DNA of 64,000 bases from Barthelona sp. PCE. Lineage: Eukaryota. The notes beneath the pieces are model-generated. The model saw only the letters and a list, made by a program, of their open reading frames with translations, ran no database searches and had not been told where the DNA came from. This document shows, one piece after another, positions 1-9,836 of this stretch; position 1 is the first letter of the stretch, and every line of letters begins with the position of its first letter. The DNA is taken from the NCBI GenBank assembly GCA_040285745.1, contig JAUFOR010000003.1, positions 310,001-374,000 on the forward strand, in the 5' to 3' direction. Both the position numbers and the translations under genes were made by a program.

Positions 1-759
1 AATGTGTAATACTGCTGCTAAAACAGCACTTGTAGTTCCTGGTAAACTGTTAACAATTGCTTTAGCCATACAAACAATAACTTTCTTAGCCTTAACACGA
101 TCTTCCTCTTTGAGTTGAACAGAGGGCCATTTTTTTTCAACAAGCCTCAGTTGACCATTATGATAACGTGATATATACTTATTAAAAAAATTCTGCAACT
201 TCACAATACGTTCTTCTTCTTCTTCATTCACTTCCTCCTTTGCTAAATTCTGGTCTTCACTTTCCTGCATATCTGGAAATGTACTTTTAAAACCAAATGG
301 ACGTAGCAAGCGTTGAATGTTGGTTATTGAATTCACAAACTGTGACACGATAGCATTACGTTCTGTAAACCGCAAAATGACATTATTACAAAGGTAGTAA
401 GTGCTAAATGAACGGATTGCAGTGAGTAATATCCATGACTTCTCAAAAAACTGAAATATGATGTCCTTCCTTTCCAGGATACTTAATTTTTTCTTTTCAA
501 GATCGTTCTCAAACTTTGCGAAGCTGCGTTCAAACCTTCTACAACTAGACATCATGAAATCATCTTCCCAAAAGGTTGCGGACGGAAACTTCTGGATACA
601 AAAGTGGATAGCTCCAATTAAAGAATGGAAAAGAGCTTCATCAATCGAACCCAGAGTATTTCCCTGTTCCTTCAGCCCACTTAAATGTGTTAAGAACTTG
701 TTGATGTCATCTTCCGAAGTGAAAACAAACGAGTTCACGTTATTCTCCAAATTATGCAT
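1..759 (-). CDS. Hypothetical protein, 3' end runs off the window (MHNLENNVNSFVFTSEDD...)
   Basis: Manual translation gives a stop-free minus-strand frame of 253 codons from ATG at 759 to the window edge; helical, with an acidic EEEEE patch. Absent from the ORF track because it has no stop in the window. Confidence 0.55.
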   Translation of the reverse strand, partial: MHNLENNVNSFVFTSEDDINKFLTHLSGLKEQGNTLGSIDEALFHSLIGAIHFCIQKFPSATFWEDDFMMSSCRRFERSFAKFENDLEKKKLSILERKDIIFQFFEKSWILLTAIRSFSTYYLCNNVILRFTERNAIVSQFVNSITNIQRLLRPFGFKSTFPDMQESEDQNLAKEEVNEEEEERIVKLQNFFNKYISRYHNGQLRLVEKKWPSVQLKEEDRVKAKKVIVCMAKAIVNSLPGTTSAVLAAVLHI

Positions 760-1120
760 TGTATAAACTATATTATCGTTGAATCGCCCCAAAACAGAAT
801 TCCCCAATGTATTTGAAAATCAATCGTCGAAATGGAATTTCTGACGTAATTCAGCATTTATTACTTTTTGCAACATTGTGAATGGTCATACCTGGCACCA
901 CGATACATAATATTGGGCTATCATAGGAATTGAGTTTGAAACAGTAGGTTTTGATATTGAGAGAACTTCTTCTGCATCAGGGGATATTTAACCAATACCA
1001 CATCCACAAAACAGGCCAATACAACATACTAATCGTATACAATTTACCAACCATAAAATGACCCAATTCCACTTTTTAAACCTTCTTTCCCGTATTTGAT
1101 TAAATTTTTGCACATAAAAG

Positions 1121-1645
1121 ATGCCTACGAATGCAGATGGCCCAACTTTTATGAGAATTTTTGAGCAAGGAACGGATATTGATCTCATTCGCAATGTCCC
1201 TGATCAATATTTGTTCAAATTCCTTGTGCAGTTCTGCCAACCCCCTTTCTCGAAGGAAAAAACGTCTATCATTATACTTGAAATTCTGGGTTTAGAAATT
1301 CGTGCATCAACATCCAGTATAAAACGTTATATAAAGAATAACGGGCACTTTAGACAACCGGTTAAAAAGGGAACTAAGTCGGGAAACACCATTGAAGCAT
1401 CTATGAAATGTTTCAATCATTTTGCATATTTTTCATTTCGAATAAGGAGAGATTGGAGTGAAGGCGATCTATTGCTCCATGAATGGCAGAGCGAGTATCT
1501 AGAGTTTCTTGAAAATGGAATTCATGAAGCTGAAAATGAAGCTGAAAATGAAGCTGAGAATATTATGGATGAAGAAGAAATTTTAAACCCACCCAGCAGC
1601 GATCAGGAACAATATGCAGCAGAACCACCAATTTTAGGTATATAA
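1121..1645 (+). CDS. Hypothetical protein with weak Tc1-like HTH segment and acidic tail
   Basis: 174-aa ORF; LGLEIRASTSSIKRYIKNNG..PVKK loosely resembles Tc1/mariner HTH; no DDE domain; EAEN x3 repeat. Confidence 0.35.
   Translation: MPTNADGPTFMRIFEQGTDIDLIRNVPDQYLFKFLVQFCQPPFSKEKTSIIILEILGLEIRASTSSIKRYIKNNGHFRQPVKKGTKSGNTIEASMKCFNHFAYFSFRIRRDWSEGDLLLHEWQSEYLEFLENGIHEAENEAENEAENIMDEEEILNPPSSDQEQYAAEPPILGI
1526..1561 (+). repeat. 12-bp tandem repeat x3 (gaagctgaaaat; EAEN)
   Basis: Directly visible in the sequence. Confidence 0.85.
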
Positions 1646-1657
1646 GGAATATTAGTC

Positions 1658-1730
1658 AGGAATACTGACAGTACGTCAAGTGAGTTTTGGTTATACATCA
1701 ACTTTCACTTATTGTACTGTCAGTATTCCT
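1658..1730. repeat. Perfect 17-bp inverted repeat / long hairpin
   Basis: aggaatactgacagtac (1658-1674) is the exact reverse complement of gtactgtcagtattcct (1714-1730); inner aagtga/tcactt pairing extends the stem. Confidence 0.9.
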
Positions 1731-2227
1731 CAATTTTTCCGTACCATATCAAAACAAATATGTTCTATTCTGTCTTTATTACAACATCTATTGTTCAAAA
1801 TAGGTGATTTACTGTGATTCCCAATAGTGAAAAAAAGGAAAAGAAAAATTTTTTTTTTAATAAAAGATAACCTGTTGATTTATGGTGCTTTTGACAATTC
1901 TTTGTGATCTTTTGAACCATAACTATAATATGCTTGGTTTTCAAGCAGCAAAAAATAGTTTGTTGATGGATTGACTGCACTAATCATGTATTTAACACCA
2001 TGGCCTAACCAAATTTCCGTTTAAGTTTAACCAGAATTTCCAGGATGAAAAAGTAATTTTTGTAATACACATAATGAAGTTTATGGAAAATATTTCTAGT
2101 TATAACTCTCAAAATCTCATAAAACATCCTTGTACCATTCAATTTTCGTTAGCAAAACTCGTTTTACTTTTTCTCCTCCTTTTCGACTTATCTTTATCGC
2201 TTACCCCTATAATTGTATCTACCAGAG

Positions 2228-3229
2228 ATGTTGTTGTTTATTACCCGGAAAATGTTGCCTGAAGTTGCAAAAAACCATTTAGAACGACTTCAATCCTATA
2301 TTGACAATCAGAAACATGCTCAACAAGAAGAGTTAGAAGTTAAATTCTGGGAGCATGATCGCCCTATGGATATTGATGACCTTAAAGAGCATGCATCTGA
2401 AGCATCCATCCTTCTTTCTCAGCTAAGTGATCCAATCTCAAGAGATTTTATTGAAGGATGCCCACTCCTCAAACTTATATCGCAGTTTGCTGTTGGATAC
2501 AACAATATTGATGTCCAGGCATGCGTGGAAAACAAAATCTTAGTTACTCACACACCTGTGCTGAGTGATGCCTGTGCTGAACATGCAATTGGTCTTTTGC
2601 TTGCCACAAGCCGCCTCATCCTTAACGCACATGTCTTTATTGGCTCAAACAGATGGTTAAATTTCTCGCCAAATTTATTGTTAGGAAAACAGATAAAGGG
2701 TAGTGTTGTAGGAATATTCGGCGCAGGTAGGATTGGCACTGCTTGCATCAAGAGGTTGGTTCCATTTGAGCCTTCAAAGATTGTATATTGTGCTCAAGCT
2801 CCTAAATCTCATTTGGATGAAATTGGGTGTGAATTCAAAACTCTTGACGATTTGTTACCCATTGTAGATTTCCTAATTCTCACATGTCCATTGACTCCCA
2901 ATACAAAACACATCCTGAATGAAGATACTTTAACTCGAATCAAGAAAAATGCCTTAATCGTTAATATAGCCAGAGGACCTGTAATTGATGAAGGTGCACT
3001 TGTTCATGCACTTAAGAGTGGTCATTTATGGGGAGCCGGTCTTGATGTTTTTGAAACTGAGCCTGACGTTCATCCACACCTCTTAGAGTGTCAAAATGTT
3101 GTTTTTACACCTCATATAGCCAGTGCAACGATTGAAACGCGAAGTGATATGTTCGGTTTGTGTGTCACCGCAATCATAAACATGTTAGAAGGCGATGACA
3201 TAGATCACCTGATTCCTGAATGTAAATAA
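2228..3229 (+). CDS. D-isomer-specific 2-hydroxyacid dehydrogenase (glyoxylate/hydroxypyruvate reductase-like)
   Basis: AVGYNNID, Rossmann GIFGAGRIG, NIARG, LDVFETEP and TPHIAS motifs; first ATG at 2228. Confidence 0.92.
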   Translation: MLLFITRKMLPEVAKNHLERLQSYIDNQKHAQQEELEVKFWEHDRPMDIDDLKEHASEASILLSQLSDPISRDFIEGCPLLKLISQFAVGYNNIDVQACVENKILVTHTPVLSDACAEHAIGLLLATSRLILNAHVFIGSNRWLNFSPNLLLGKQIKGSVVGIFGAGRIGTACIKRLVPFEPSKIVYCAQAPKSHLDEIGCEFKTLDDLLPIVDFLILTCPLTPNTKHILNEDTLTRIKKNALIVNIARGPVIDEGALVHALKSGHLWGAGLDVFETEPDVHPHLLECQNVVFTPHIASATIETRSDMFGLCVTAIINMLEGDDIDHLIPECK

Positions 3230-3236
3230 TCTGAAT

Positions 3237-5843
3237 TTATTGATATTCCGGTTCTTCTGAGAGTACAACAATGTATGGAATACCCCTGTACTGCACAGGT
3301 TGATGTTGTAACATTGACCAAGCTGATTCCTTACTGTCGTTCAGGAAATTGATAATTGTTCTCTTCTTCTCAATAAATGGTGCTGCACTGGTAACTCCTT
3401 CTTCCTCTAATGTGCGAATGCGCTTTGATATGAATCCATGAAGCTTCTTAGCCTTTTCTCTTCGACGAATATAACTAAAAACTTCTTCATACTTTGATAC
3501 ATAATCACTTAAAAGATCTGATTCTTTAGCGACTGCTTCTGCCTGAAGCTGTTCAGAGAGTTCCATCATTGCTGTTAGTCGCTCTACCCGCTCAACATAA
3601 GAGAGCTCGGCATCACTCCAAAGTTTGAAAAGTCTTGTATAAATGGGGCTAACGCTCTCAGCTAGCTCGCCAAACGTCACCTGATACTTCTCCTCAGCAT
3701 TTCTGTGCTCTCTGTTCTTTAAAAGTGTACGCTCCATATCGTCCAACTTACGGGCAGGCGCCTCATTAAGATTAACCTCTTCAACAATGAGCTTCGACCT
3801 TCTTTTGACAGCAGAAGGCGGCGGTGTGACAGAACGGGGTATAGGAGTGGGCTCAACTTGTACTTCAACATCATACTTTTCAACGTTAAGCGACTCTTCA
3901 AGCTCATTCAGACGCTCTTCCTTCAAATTGAGCTTGGCCTGGTGTGCCTTTACCTTTTCGATCTGCAGCTTTGCTACACGCTCAACCTCAGCAACACGTT
4001 CTCTCTCCTTCTCAAAGAAATCTTTTGCAGATATCAACTCTTTGTTCTGACGTTCTATGTTCTGCTTAGTTTGGTTAAGACTGGCACGCTGGGATTCGAA
4101 ACTCTTCTTCATTGTCTGGATTCTGGCCTCATCCTTTTGTAATTTGGCCTCAATGTCTGATTTCCGTTTCTCGAGATCAGCCTCACGCTGGTCCATCGCT
4201 CGCTTCCGGGAAAGTGCCTTCTCTTTCATGTTGCGGCGCATAGAACTCAATTCAGCCTTTTCTTTCTTCACCTCGCGATCCTTTTCAAGCAGTGTTTCAG
4301 CGAACTGTGCTGACAACTCCTCTTCCTTTGCCTTTACCGCGCTACGGACCTTCTCCTTCATCTCTCGGTCCTTTGCTGATCGTAATGACTCCATTTGTCG
4401 TTGATACTGACTCACCAGATCTTTCTGAACCTCCTTCTGCAAATCATCCTTCCTTCTTAAAAGTTGCTCTCTGTACTTTTCTTCGATTTCATCAGATAAC
4501 TCATCATAACATTCATCTCTAACCTCTCGGCGCATCTTCTCCAATATTCTCGCTTTTAGTTCTTGTGAAAATTCTGACCGAAGTTGCTCCTTTACCTCAT
4601 CACGTAACTGAGAACGGGTACTATCAAATTCATCAATCTTTGTTTGCTTAGATTCCAGCTCGATGGTTAACTCTTCAATAGTTTGATTATGTCCTTTAAG
4701 CTGTTCCTTCAGCTGCTTCAGCTCATCCTCTGCCTTTTTGTGTGATAAAACCGTTTCCTCAAGATCAGACTTGACAGCATCACGTTCATTCACAACTTCC
4801 ATAAGCTCTTGCGTCTTGTCTTCAACGTATTGCTCCAAATCACGACTCTTCATACGTAAAAAGTGTAGTTCTCCTTTCAAAGCAATATCTTCATTATTGG
4901 TATGATCAGCTGGACCATATTCCAGATCAAGCATCTCCTTTTCTAAGAAAGCTAACTCTTCCTCAGTTCCTTCAGCTGCTGGGATAAAGGGAGAGAAGCT
5001 GTACATCTCTTGAGTCAGTGGGATCGTTGGCTTCGCAAGAGGGGCTGACCTGACTGGGGTCTTAAAGTCGTCAGCTGCTTGTATGATGACTTGTGGTTTC
5101 GGTACCGGTTCTTCCTCGCTTGCTTCTTCTTCTTCTTCTTCTTCTTCTTCTTCGATTTCTGGAACCGTATTATCAGTATTATCAGGCACAATTTGTTCAA
5201 CATCTTCCTCAATTTTTTCCTCAACATTATCCTCTTCATGATCACAAACCTTAACAGACTCAGACTCACTTTCAACAACAACACCCTCGACTGCAACTCC
5301 AGAGATATCTTCCATTCCCTCCACATCGTCTCTGATATATTCAATAGGTTCATCTGTAGCAATAGCAGGATACTCTTCTTCACCATAGTTATACTCACTA
5401 AGTTCTTCACTTGAATCTTCCTCATTCTTATGCTCCAATGCCTTGTCAAGGTTGATTGAAGCAACAACTGGGGTTGGTTCATCATCTAACTTTGCCAAAG
5501 ATGGAGATTTCTGGAAAGTTTTTAAGGGTTTCTTCTCATCAACATGTTCGACCTGTAAGACCTGTTTTGGGCTCATGTGGAGATGGGGCAAGTCATTGGC
5601 CACCTCTAGCGAGTCTAATAATGTCTTTTCAATAAAAGGCTGAGTTTCTGGTGTTAAGCCAAGACTTGGATTGAACCCATCACGAGAAATACGTCTGTTG
5701 CGAAATATGTCGGGCGTTTTCATCGCCTCTGCGTCAATATGAATAAATCTCTGAATGCTTGCGCGTAATGATGCGAGTGAAGCTGGTTGTATGTTTTTGT
5801 TTAAAACAGGTGTGTGGATGTTATCGTTATGCTCCCCTGACAT
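3237..5843 (-). CDS. Large coiled-coil protein, acidic N-region, C-terminus possibly MAP65/CCDC87-like
   Basis: Long heptad E/K/R region; C-terminal LFKLWSD...ER...IRRRE...VQYRGIPY pattern resembles MAP65/CCDC87; ATG at 5843. Confidence 0.6.
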   Translation of the reverse strand: MSGEHNDNIHTPVLNKNIQPASLASLRASIQRFIHIDAEAMKTPDIFRNRRISRDGFNPSLGLTPETQPFIEKTLLDSLEVANDLPHLHMSPKQVLQVEHVDEKKPLKTFQKSPSLAKLDDEPTPVVASINLDKALEHKNEEDSSEELSEYNYGEEEYPAIATDEPIEYIRDDVEGMEDISGVAVEGVVVESESESVKVCDHEEDNVEEKIEEDVEQIVPDNTDNTVPEIEEEEEEEEEEASEEEPVPKPQVIIQAADDFKTPVRSAPLAKPTIPLTQEMYSFSPFIPAAEGTEEELAFLEKEMLDLEYGPADHTNNEDIALKGELHFLRMKSRDLEQYVEDKTQELMEVVNERDAVKSDLEETVLSHKKAEDELKQLKEQLKGHNQTIEELTIELESKQTKIDEFDSTRSQLRDEVKEQLRSEFSQELKARILEKMRREVRDECYDELSDEIEEKYREQLLRRKDDLQKEVQKDLVSQYQRQMESLRSAKDREMKEKVRSAVKAKEEELSAQFAETLLEKDREVKKEKAELSSMRRNMKEKALSRKRAMDQREADLEKRKSDIEAKLQKDEARIQTMKKSFESQRASLNQTKQNIERQNKELISAKDFFEKERERVAEVERVAKLQIEKVKAHQAKLNLKEERLNELEESLNVEKYDVEVQVEPTPIPRSVTPPPSAVKRRSKLIVEEVNLNEAPARKLDDMERTLLKNREHRNAEEKYQVTFGELAESVSPIYTRLFKLWSDAELSYVERVERLTAMMELSEQLQAEAVAKESDLLSDYVSKYEEVFSYIRRREKAKKLHGFISKRIRTLEEEGVTSAAPFIEKKRTIINFLNDSKESAWSMLQHQPVQYRGIPYIVVLSEEPEYQ
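5124..5153 (-). repeat. (GAA)10 microsatellite encoding poly-Glu
   Basis: (ttc)10 on the plus strand. Confidence 0.9.
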
Positions 5844-6056
5844 TAAAATTAATATAAAATAGCACAAAAACTAGGTGCAATGGGTAGAAAAAAATAAAAC
5901 ACTTCATTACATCGTTAAAACAGCTTATATTGCAGTAAGTAGCGTACTGACAATGATGTTGGGGAACGCAACATATTTACTTAAAAAAACAGCCACTGAA
6001 AAAAGAGCTGGGGATTTTTACTATGAATATTCGTTTTGTGGTAAAAAAACAAATAA

Positions 6057-7235
6057 TTACAGATCACTGTATCCGGACTCGATGGCCTGCTCCTTTTCAA
6101 TATAAAGAATTTGATAAAGGAAAAAGATAAAAATAAAAAGTGAATACAGTAAAAATATGATACGTCTTTGAGCATAATAAGGGATAACAATTTCCTTGAA
6201 ACAACACATAGTAATGAGGAAACAACAAATAAAAAAAGTATTGATGAGGAATCTGGGAAAAGTGTTACTCCTTTCTACTGATAAGTTAATCATTCGAAGA
6301 TAAAGGAAATACAATAATAGAGTGAAAACCCACACTACTTTTGAAAATGCAGTGCTAAATATACTTAAATCATCATGATTATCTTCAAGTTGCATGAAAA
6401 TGAAGAAAAGGTTGTAAATACCAAAAATTATAACACAATACTTCTTTAAGCGCATTTTCTCAGCATCAGAGAACATATTACTTGTTCTAAAATCATATCC
6501 ACGTGACACAAATAAAAGATAACAAACAACAGAAACGAATGAGTTGAACAAAAGGAACAGTGCGACATAGTATAGTAGAGCAGAGTCATAACCGATTTCT
6601 TTCATGTACAAGCAATATAATAACATTGCAAAAAATGCAACTACTAATACAATAGAAGCAACTCTGAATAATTGCATAAGAAGTGTTCTAATTTTAGAAA
6701 ATTTCTCCCTTAGTAGAATGAACACATACATTGCAGCAAAGATTAAGAAAAATATAATGTCAAATTGATATATATAGAAATAAGTTCCCCCCAATGGTTG
6801 ATTCTTAACATAATACGATGATTCAGCAATGAAATCCACCATGGTCACCATGCTATCTGGGTTTCTGATTGTAACGAATACAAAAACATAATCACTTCTG
6901 TCCTTTGATATAAAATCATCCATATGGATCTCTAACAAACCAGTTGCGCCAAGATCCATCTGTTTGATTGCGTTTCCTTCAAGTGATTCGCATGTTATAT
7001 GTTCTGGCAGTGAACCTTGAATAAAATAAAGGTTGTTTTGGGTTGATGCTGTTAAAAGTCCATCTGTAGCAAGTAGAAATCGATTTTCAAACTTAGGAAG
7101 TGGTTCAAAACGAACTAAGAGGCTCTGTTTGCACGTATGCCCGAGTATAGATGCTTTAACATGCTTCTTTGATCTTAGTGCTGTTGAAAACATTAGCATG
7201 CTGCATAATATGAGTAAAACAAGCTTCTTCTGCAT
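6057..7235 (-). CDS. Signal peptide + luminal domain + ~7TM protein, GPR180/TMEM145-like (GOST family)
   Basis: Hydrophobic N-terminus, ~130-aa soluble region, about seven hydrophobic segments; LLFVSRGY resembles the LLxxAKGW/F motif. Confidence 0.55.
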   Translation of the reverse strand: MQKKLVLLILCSMLMFSTALRSKKHVKASILGHTCKQSLLVRFEPLPKFENRFLLATDGLLTASTQNNLYFIQGSLPEHITCESLEGNAIKQMDLGATGLLEIHMDDFISKDRSDYVFVFVTIRNPDSMVTMVDFIAESSYYVKNQPLGGTYFYIYQFDIIFFLIFAAMYVFILLREKFSKIRTLLMQLFRVASIVLVVAFFAMLLYCLYMKEIGYDSALLYYVALFLLFNSFVSVVCYLLFVSRGYDFRTSNMFSDAEKMRLKKYCVIIFGIYNLFFIFMQLEDNHDDLSIFSTAFSKVVWVFTLLLYFLYLRMINLSVERSNTFPRFLINTFFICCFLITMCCFKEIVIPYYAQRRIIFLLYSLFIFIFFLYQILYIEKEQAIESGYSDL

Positions 7236-7560
7236 AGTTTTGGGATATTATTGAAAAATGAAGCCCGAAATATGTGAGGATGGGGAGAAATGTGATTCCA
7301 CTGTTTTCATAATAGTTCAACTCCATAGTGTGGTGAACATCGTTATTTCTGTGGTCTATATCTCTGTAGCAGTTAGTATCCTTACAAAACGATGAGAACA
7401 ATATTCTCACAAAAAACAATAAATACTTTATTTCATACATATTTACTCTCATTTTTGTGGTTCAAACATAGCAAATTTAGCATTTCTTATAGTAGTAGAC
7501 GTGAAATAAAACATTATGAAAACTCAAAATAATTCGTATTCGCTTTTTTTCCCTATCCCG

Positions 7561-8757
7561 ATGCGCTACATTGCTCTGGGGCTACTAATTGCGTTTTCGA
7601 CGGTTTTGGGCCGTGTTACGATGCAGGCACATTCATTTAACGATCTAAGAATAATTCCTTTCTTACTATCACAAAACGTTACGAAATTTAAGATAGACTT
7701 CTTCTACGCTCGCAAAACGTTCCTCCTGACACATGATGCACCACTATGGCGCCAGAATCTATTCCATTACAAAGATCTTCTTCTGTTTTTATCAAACCTT
7801 GAATATAGACCTATACTGGAATTCCAAATATGCGTAAAAACATACCCGTGGGTAAATTTATGCCAGGATACAGTGGGGCTGCAGCGTCTTTCAGATACTA
7901 TGAAAGAAGTGAAGGTGTTCGAAGCAAATTATCCAAATTATCATTTCACTCTTGATGGTGCAGCGACATCGCGGTGCCAGGGGTTCATTTTGCAACACCT
8001 TATTCACATACCGTCCGTATACATTCCAATGAAGCATGGAAATCCAAAAAATTTATCTTTCTCTCATACTGCACTTCGATATTGGCGTCTATGGAATCGA
8101 AAAGGTATAAAACACCACAGATCATTTGAATCAAGGGAATATGATGGATCTAATCTGTTTAAAACACTAAACTTTGGTCAAAAAGGCTTCCTGTACTACC
8201 TAAACGACTCAACAATCCAAAAATTATACTCACAGTTCAAAACTGCATATCTGTTTGAACCAGATGACTGCTCTACCCAACAGATCGTTGTTAAAAAGAT
8301 GGAAAGGCTTAATCAGTCGTATACAATTTCGAGCAATTTCTCACCAACGACATTTGACACCTGTAATAATGTAATACCGCCTATGGGTCATATTACGCGA
8401 TGTAGATTGCGAATTGGGAATTCTACATATGAGATTGACAAAATGGCAATTATTCGAAATATGGCAACCGGAAGAGGTAGAAAATTGTTACATGGGGATG
8501 TTCTTGGTTGCACATACGACAACGGTGGCATACAAATACACGTGTTGAATGCAAATAGGTATCACCACCAGGCGGCTAACGCTCTCAACGTTTATCCTTG
8601 CAATCAACGATCTGGTAAAACAAAAAACCATTACGTAATCCTCGATACATATCCACGCGTACTCCAAGAGCTGCATTCGAAACGAAAAGTGCGTATTACT
8701 CCATGCACATATCTGCAGTACGACATTTTCTACATTGAAATGGGTTTTATACATTAA
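7561..8757 (+). CDS. Secreted protein, possibly divergent PLC-like phosphodiesterase fold
   Basis: Signal peptide MRYIALGLLIAFSTVLG; AHSFND...KID...LLTHD echoes the AHSHND..ExD..HD pattern. An upstream ATG at 7516 is also possible. Confidence 0.4.
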   Translation: MRYIALGLLIAFSTVLGRVTMQAHSFNDLRIIPFLLSQNVTKFKIDFFYARKTFLLTHDAPLWRQNLFHYKDLLLFLSNLEYRPILEFQICVKTYPWVNLCQDTVGLQRLSDTMKEVKVFEANYPNYHFTLDGAATSRCQGFILQHLIHIPSVYIPMKHGNPKNLSFSHTALRYWRLWNRKGIKHHRSFESREYDGSNLFKTLNFGQKGFLYYLNDSTIQKLYSQFKTAYLFEPDDCSTQQIVVKKMERLNQSYTISSNFSPTTFDTCNNVIPPMGHITRCRLRIGNSTYEIDKMAIIRNMATGRGRKLLHGDVLGCTYDNGGIQIHVLNANRYHHQAANALNVYPCNQRSGKTKNHYVILDTYPRVLQELHSKRKVRITPCTYLQYDIFYIEMGFIH

Positions 8758-8770
8758 CCAATAAACTGCA

Positions 8771-9793
8771 CTACAGATGAATCTCCAGGAACTGTGGGAT
8801 GTAAAGTGAAGGGTTCGTCTTAATACGCTCCTCAAAATCAGAAACTACATTACAGTTGACAGTATAACTGAAGGGAGAAATCTCAGGATGGAACTTTATA
8901 GCGTAGCAGAACATTCCAAGACGACTCATTTCCTCATCAACTGCACATACACGACGTGGCTCTGACCACGAGATCAAGTCAGGTGACTCAATAGCAGTTA
9001 TAAATGGGGAACCAAATGCTTCAATGGAAAGAATTGAAAACGTTCCAGTATGATGATCTTTACGAATACTAAACTCGGAATACATACCCTCAAACAGAAC
9101 TTTGACACCGTCTATATTATTGGGAGTTGAGAATTCCAAGTTTTTGTTGAGAACCTGACAATGTGAAAAGGAATTATCACAAAGCATAACCGCAACATTT
9201 GTTGACTGATCAATAACTCCATACACCAGCGCAGTTGTATCTGATTGGCGATACACACACGCCCCCCATTGAATTCTATTGTGGAATGGTAAAGTAATAG
9301 CAACTTCATCATAAGAAAAATCGTTTATGTTAAGATCAAAAACAACATTACGAGCAAATCTAAATCCAAGAATAGACGAATGATCTATCTCCATAATCCA
9401 TCCCAAGACGTATTTGTTCACTGTATCAAATGATGCAACCCAGATCCACTGCTCATACGTCAAATCATTAGTTGTGAAATATGTCTTGTTACCAATAAGA
9501 TGTAACGTGTTATCTCTGACGATTCCGATGCTGTTTCGGGTCATACTGCTGAAAATACGTTCTTTTCCACTAAAATGTCCCCATACTGTATCACCATACA
9601 GCCATAAATAATTACCATTGCCCAGAGAATATGAACTGGCCACGTCTGCACCCATAAATCCATCATTAAATGCAATATTGAAGAACTTGTTCTGAATTTC
9701 TGAATTTCTAGCACAAACACCAGTATTGATCATGTCCATGGCGCCAATCGTTGCAAAAAGCGTGCTGAAAAGTAAAACAAACTGCAAAAACAT
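8771..9793 (-). CDS. Secreted DUF4185/DUF5005-like beta-propeller (putative glycoside hydrolase)
   Basis: Signal peptide; GADVASSYSLGNGNYLWLYGDT, MTRNSIG, WGA..VYG, SEFS, WSEP and YAIKFHPE motifs. Confidence 0.7.
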   Translation of the reverse strand: MFLQFVLLFSTLFATIGAMDMINTGVCARNSEIQNKFFNIAFNDGFMGADVASSYSLGNGNYLWLYGDTVWGHFSGKERIFSSMTRNSIGIVRDNTLHLIGNKTYFTTNDLTYEQWIWVASFDTVNKYVLGWIMEIDHSSILGFRFARNVVFDLNINDFSYDEVAITLPFHNRIQWGACVYRQSDTTALVYGVIDQSTNVAVMLCDNSFSHCQVLNKNLEFSTPNNIDGVKVLFEGMYSEFSIRKDHHTGTFSILSIEAFGSPFITAIESPDLISWSEPRRVCAVDEEMSRLGMFCYAIKFHPEISPFSYTVNCNVVSDFEERIKTNPSLYIPQFLEIHL

Positions 9794-9836
9794 TGAAGGA
9801 GAGAAAATTGCGATATCGAATTTAATTCCATTTTCA

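Noticed and set aside
815-890. In-frame TGA codons suggesting stop-codon reassignment
   Set aside because: TGA, TAG and TAA all terminate other genes in the window (for example TGA at 59154 and 61422), and conserved genes have no internal stops.
1795-2262. Short ORFs 1795-1980 and 2074-2262
   Set aside because: Low-complexity AT-rich translations without motifs; likely intergenic.
9726-9836. Overlap between the kinase-fusion ORF and the DUF4185-like gene
   Set aside because: Largely an artefact of the ORF track taking the most upstream start; ATG 9837 removes the overlap.
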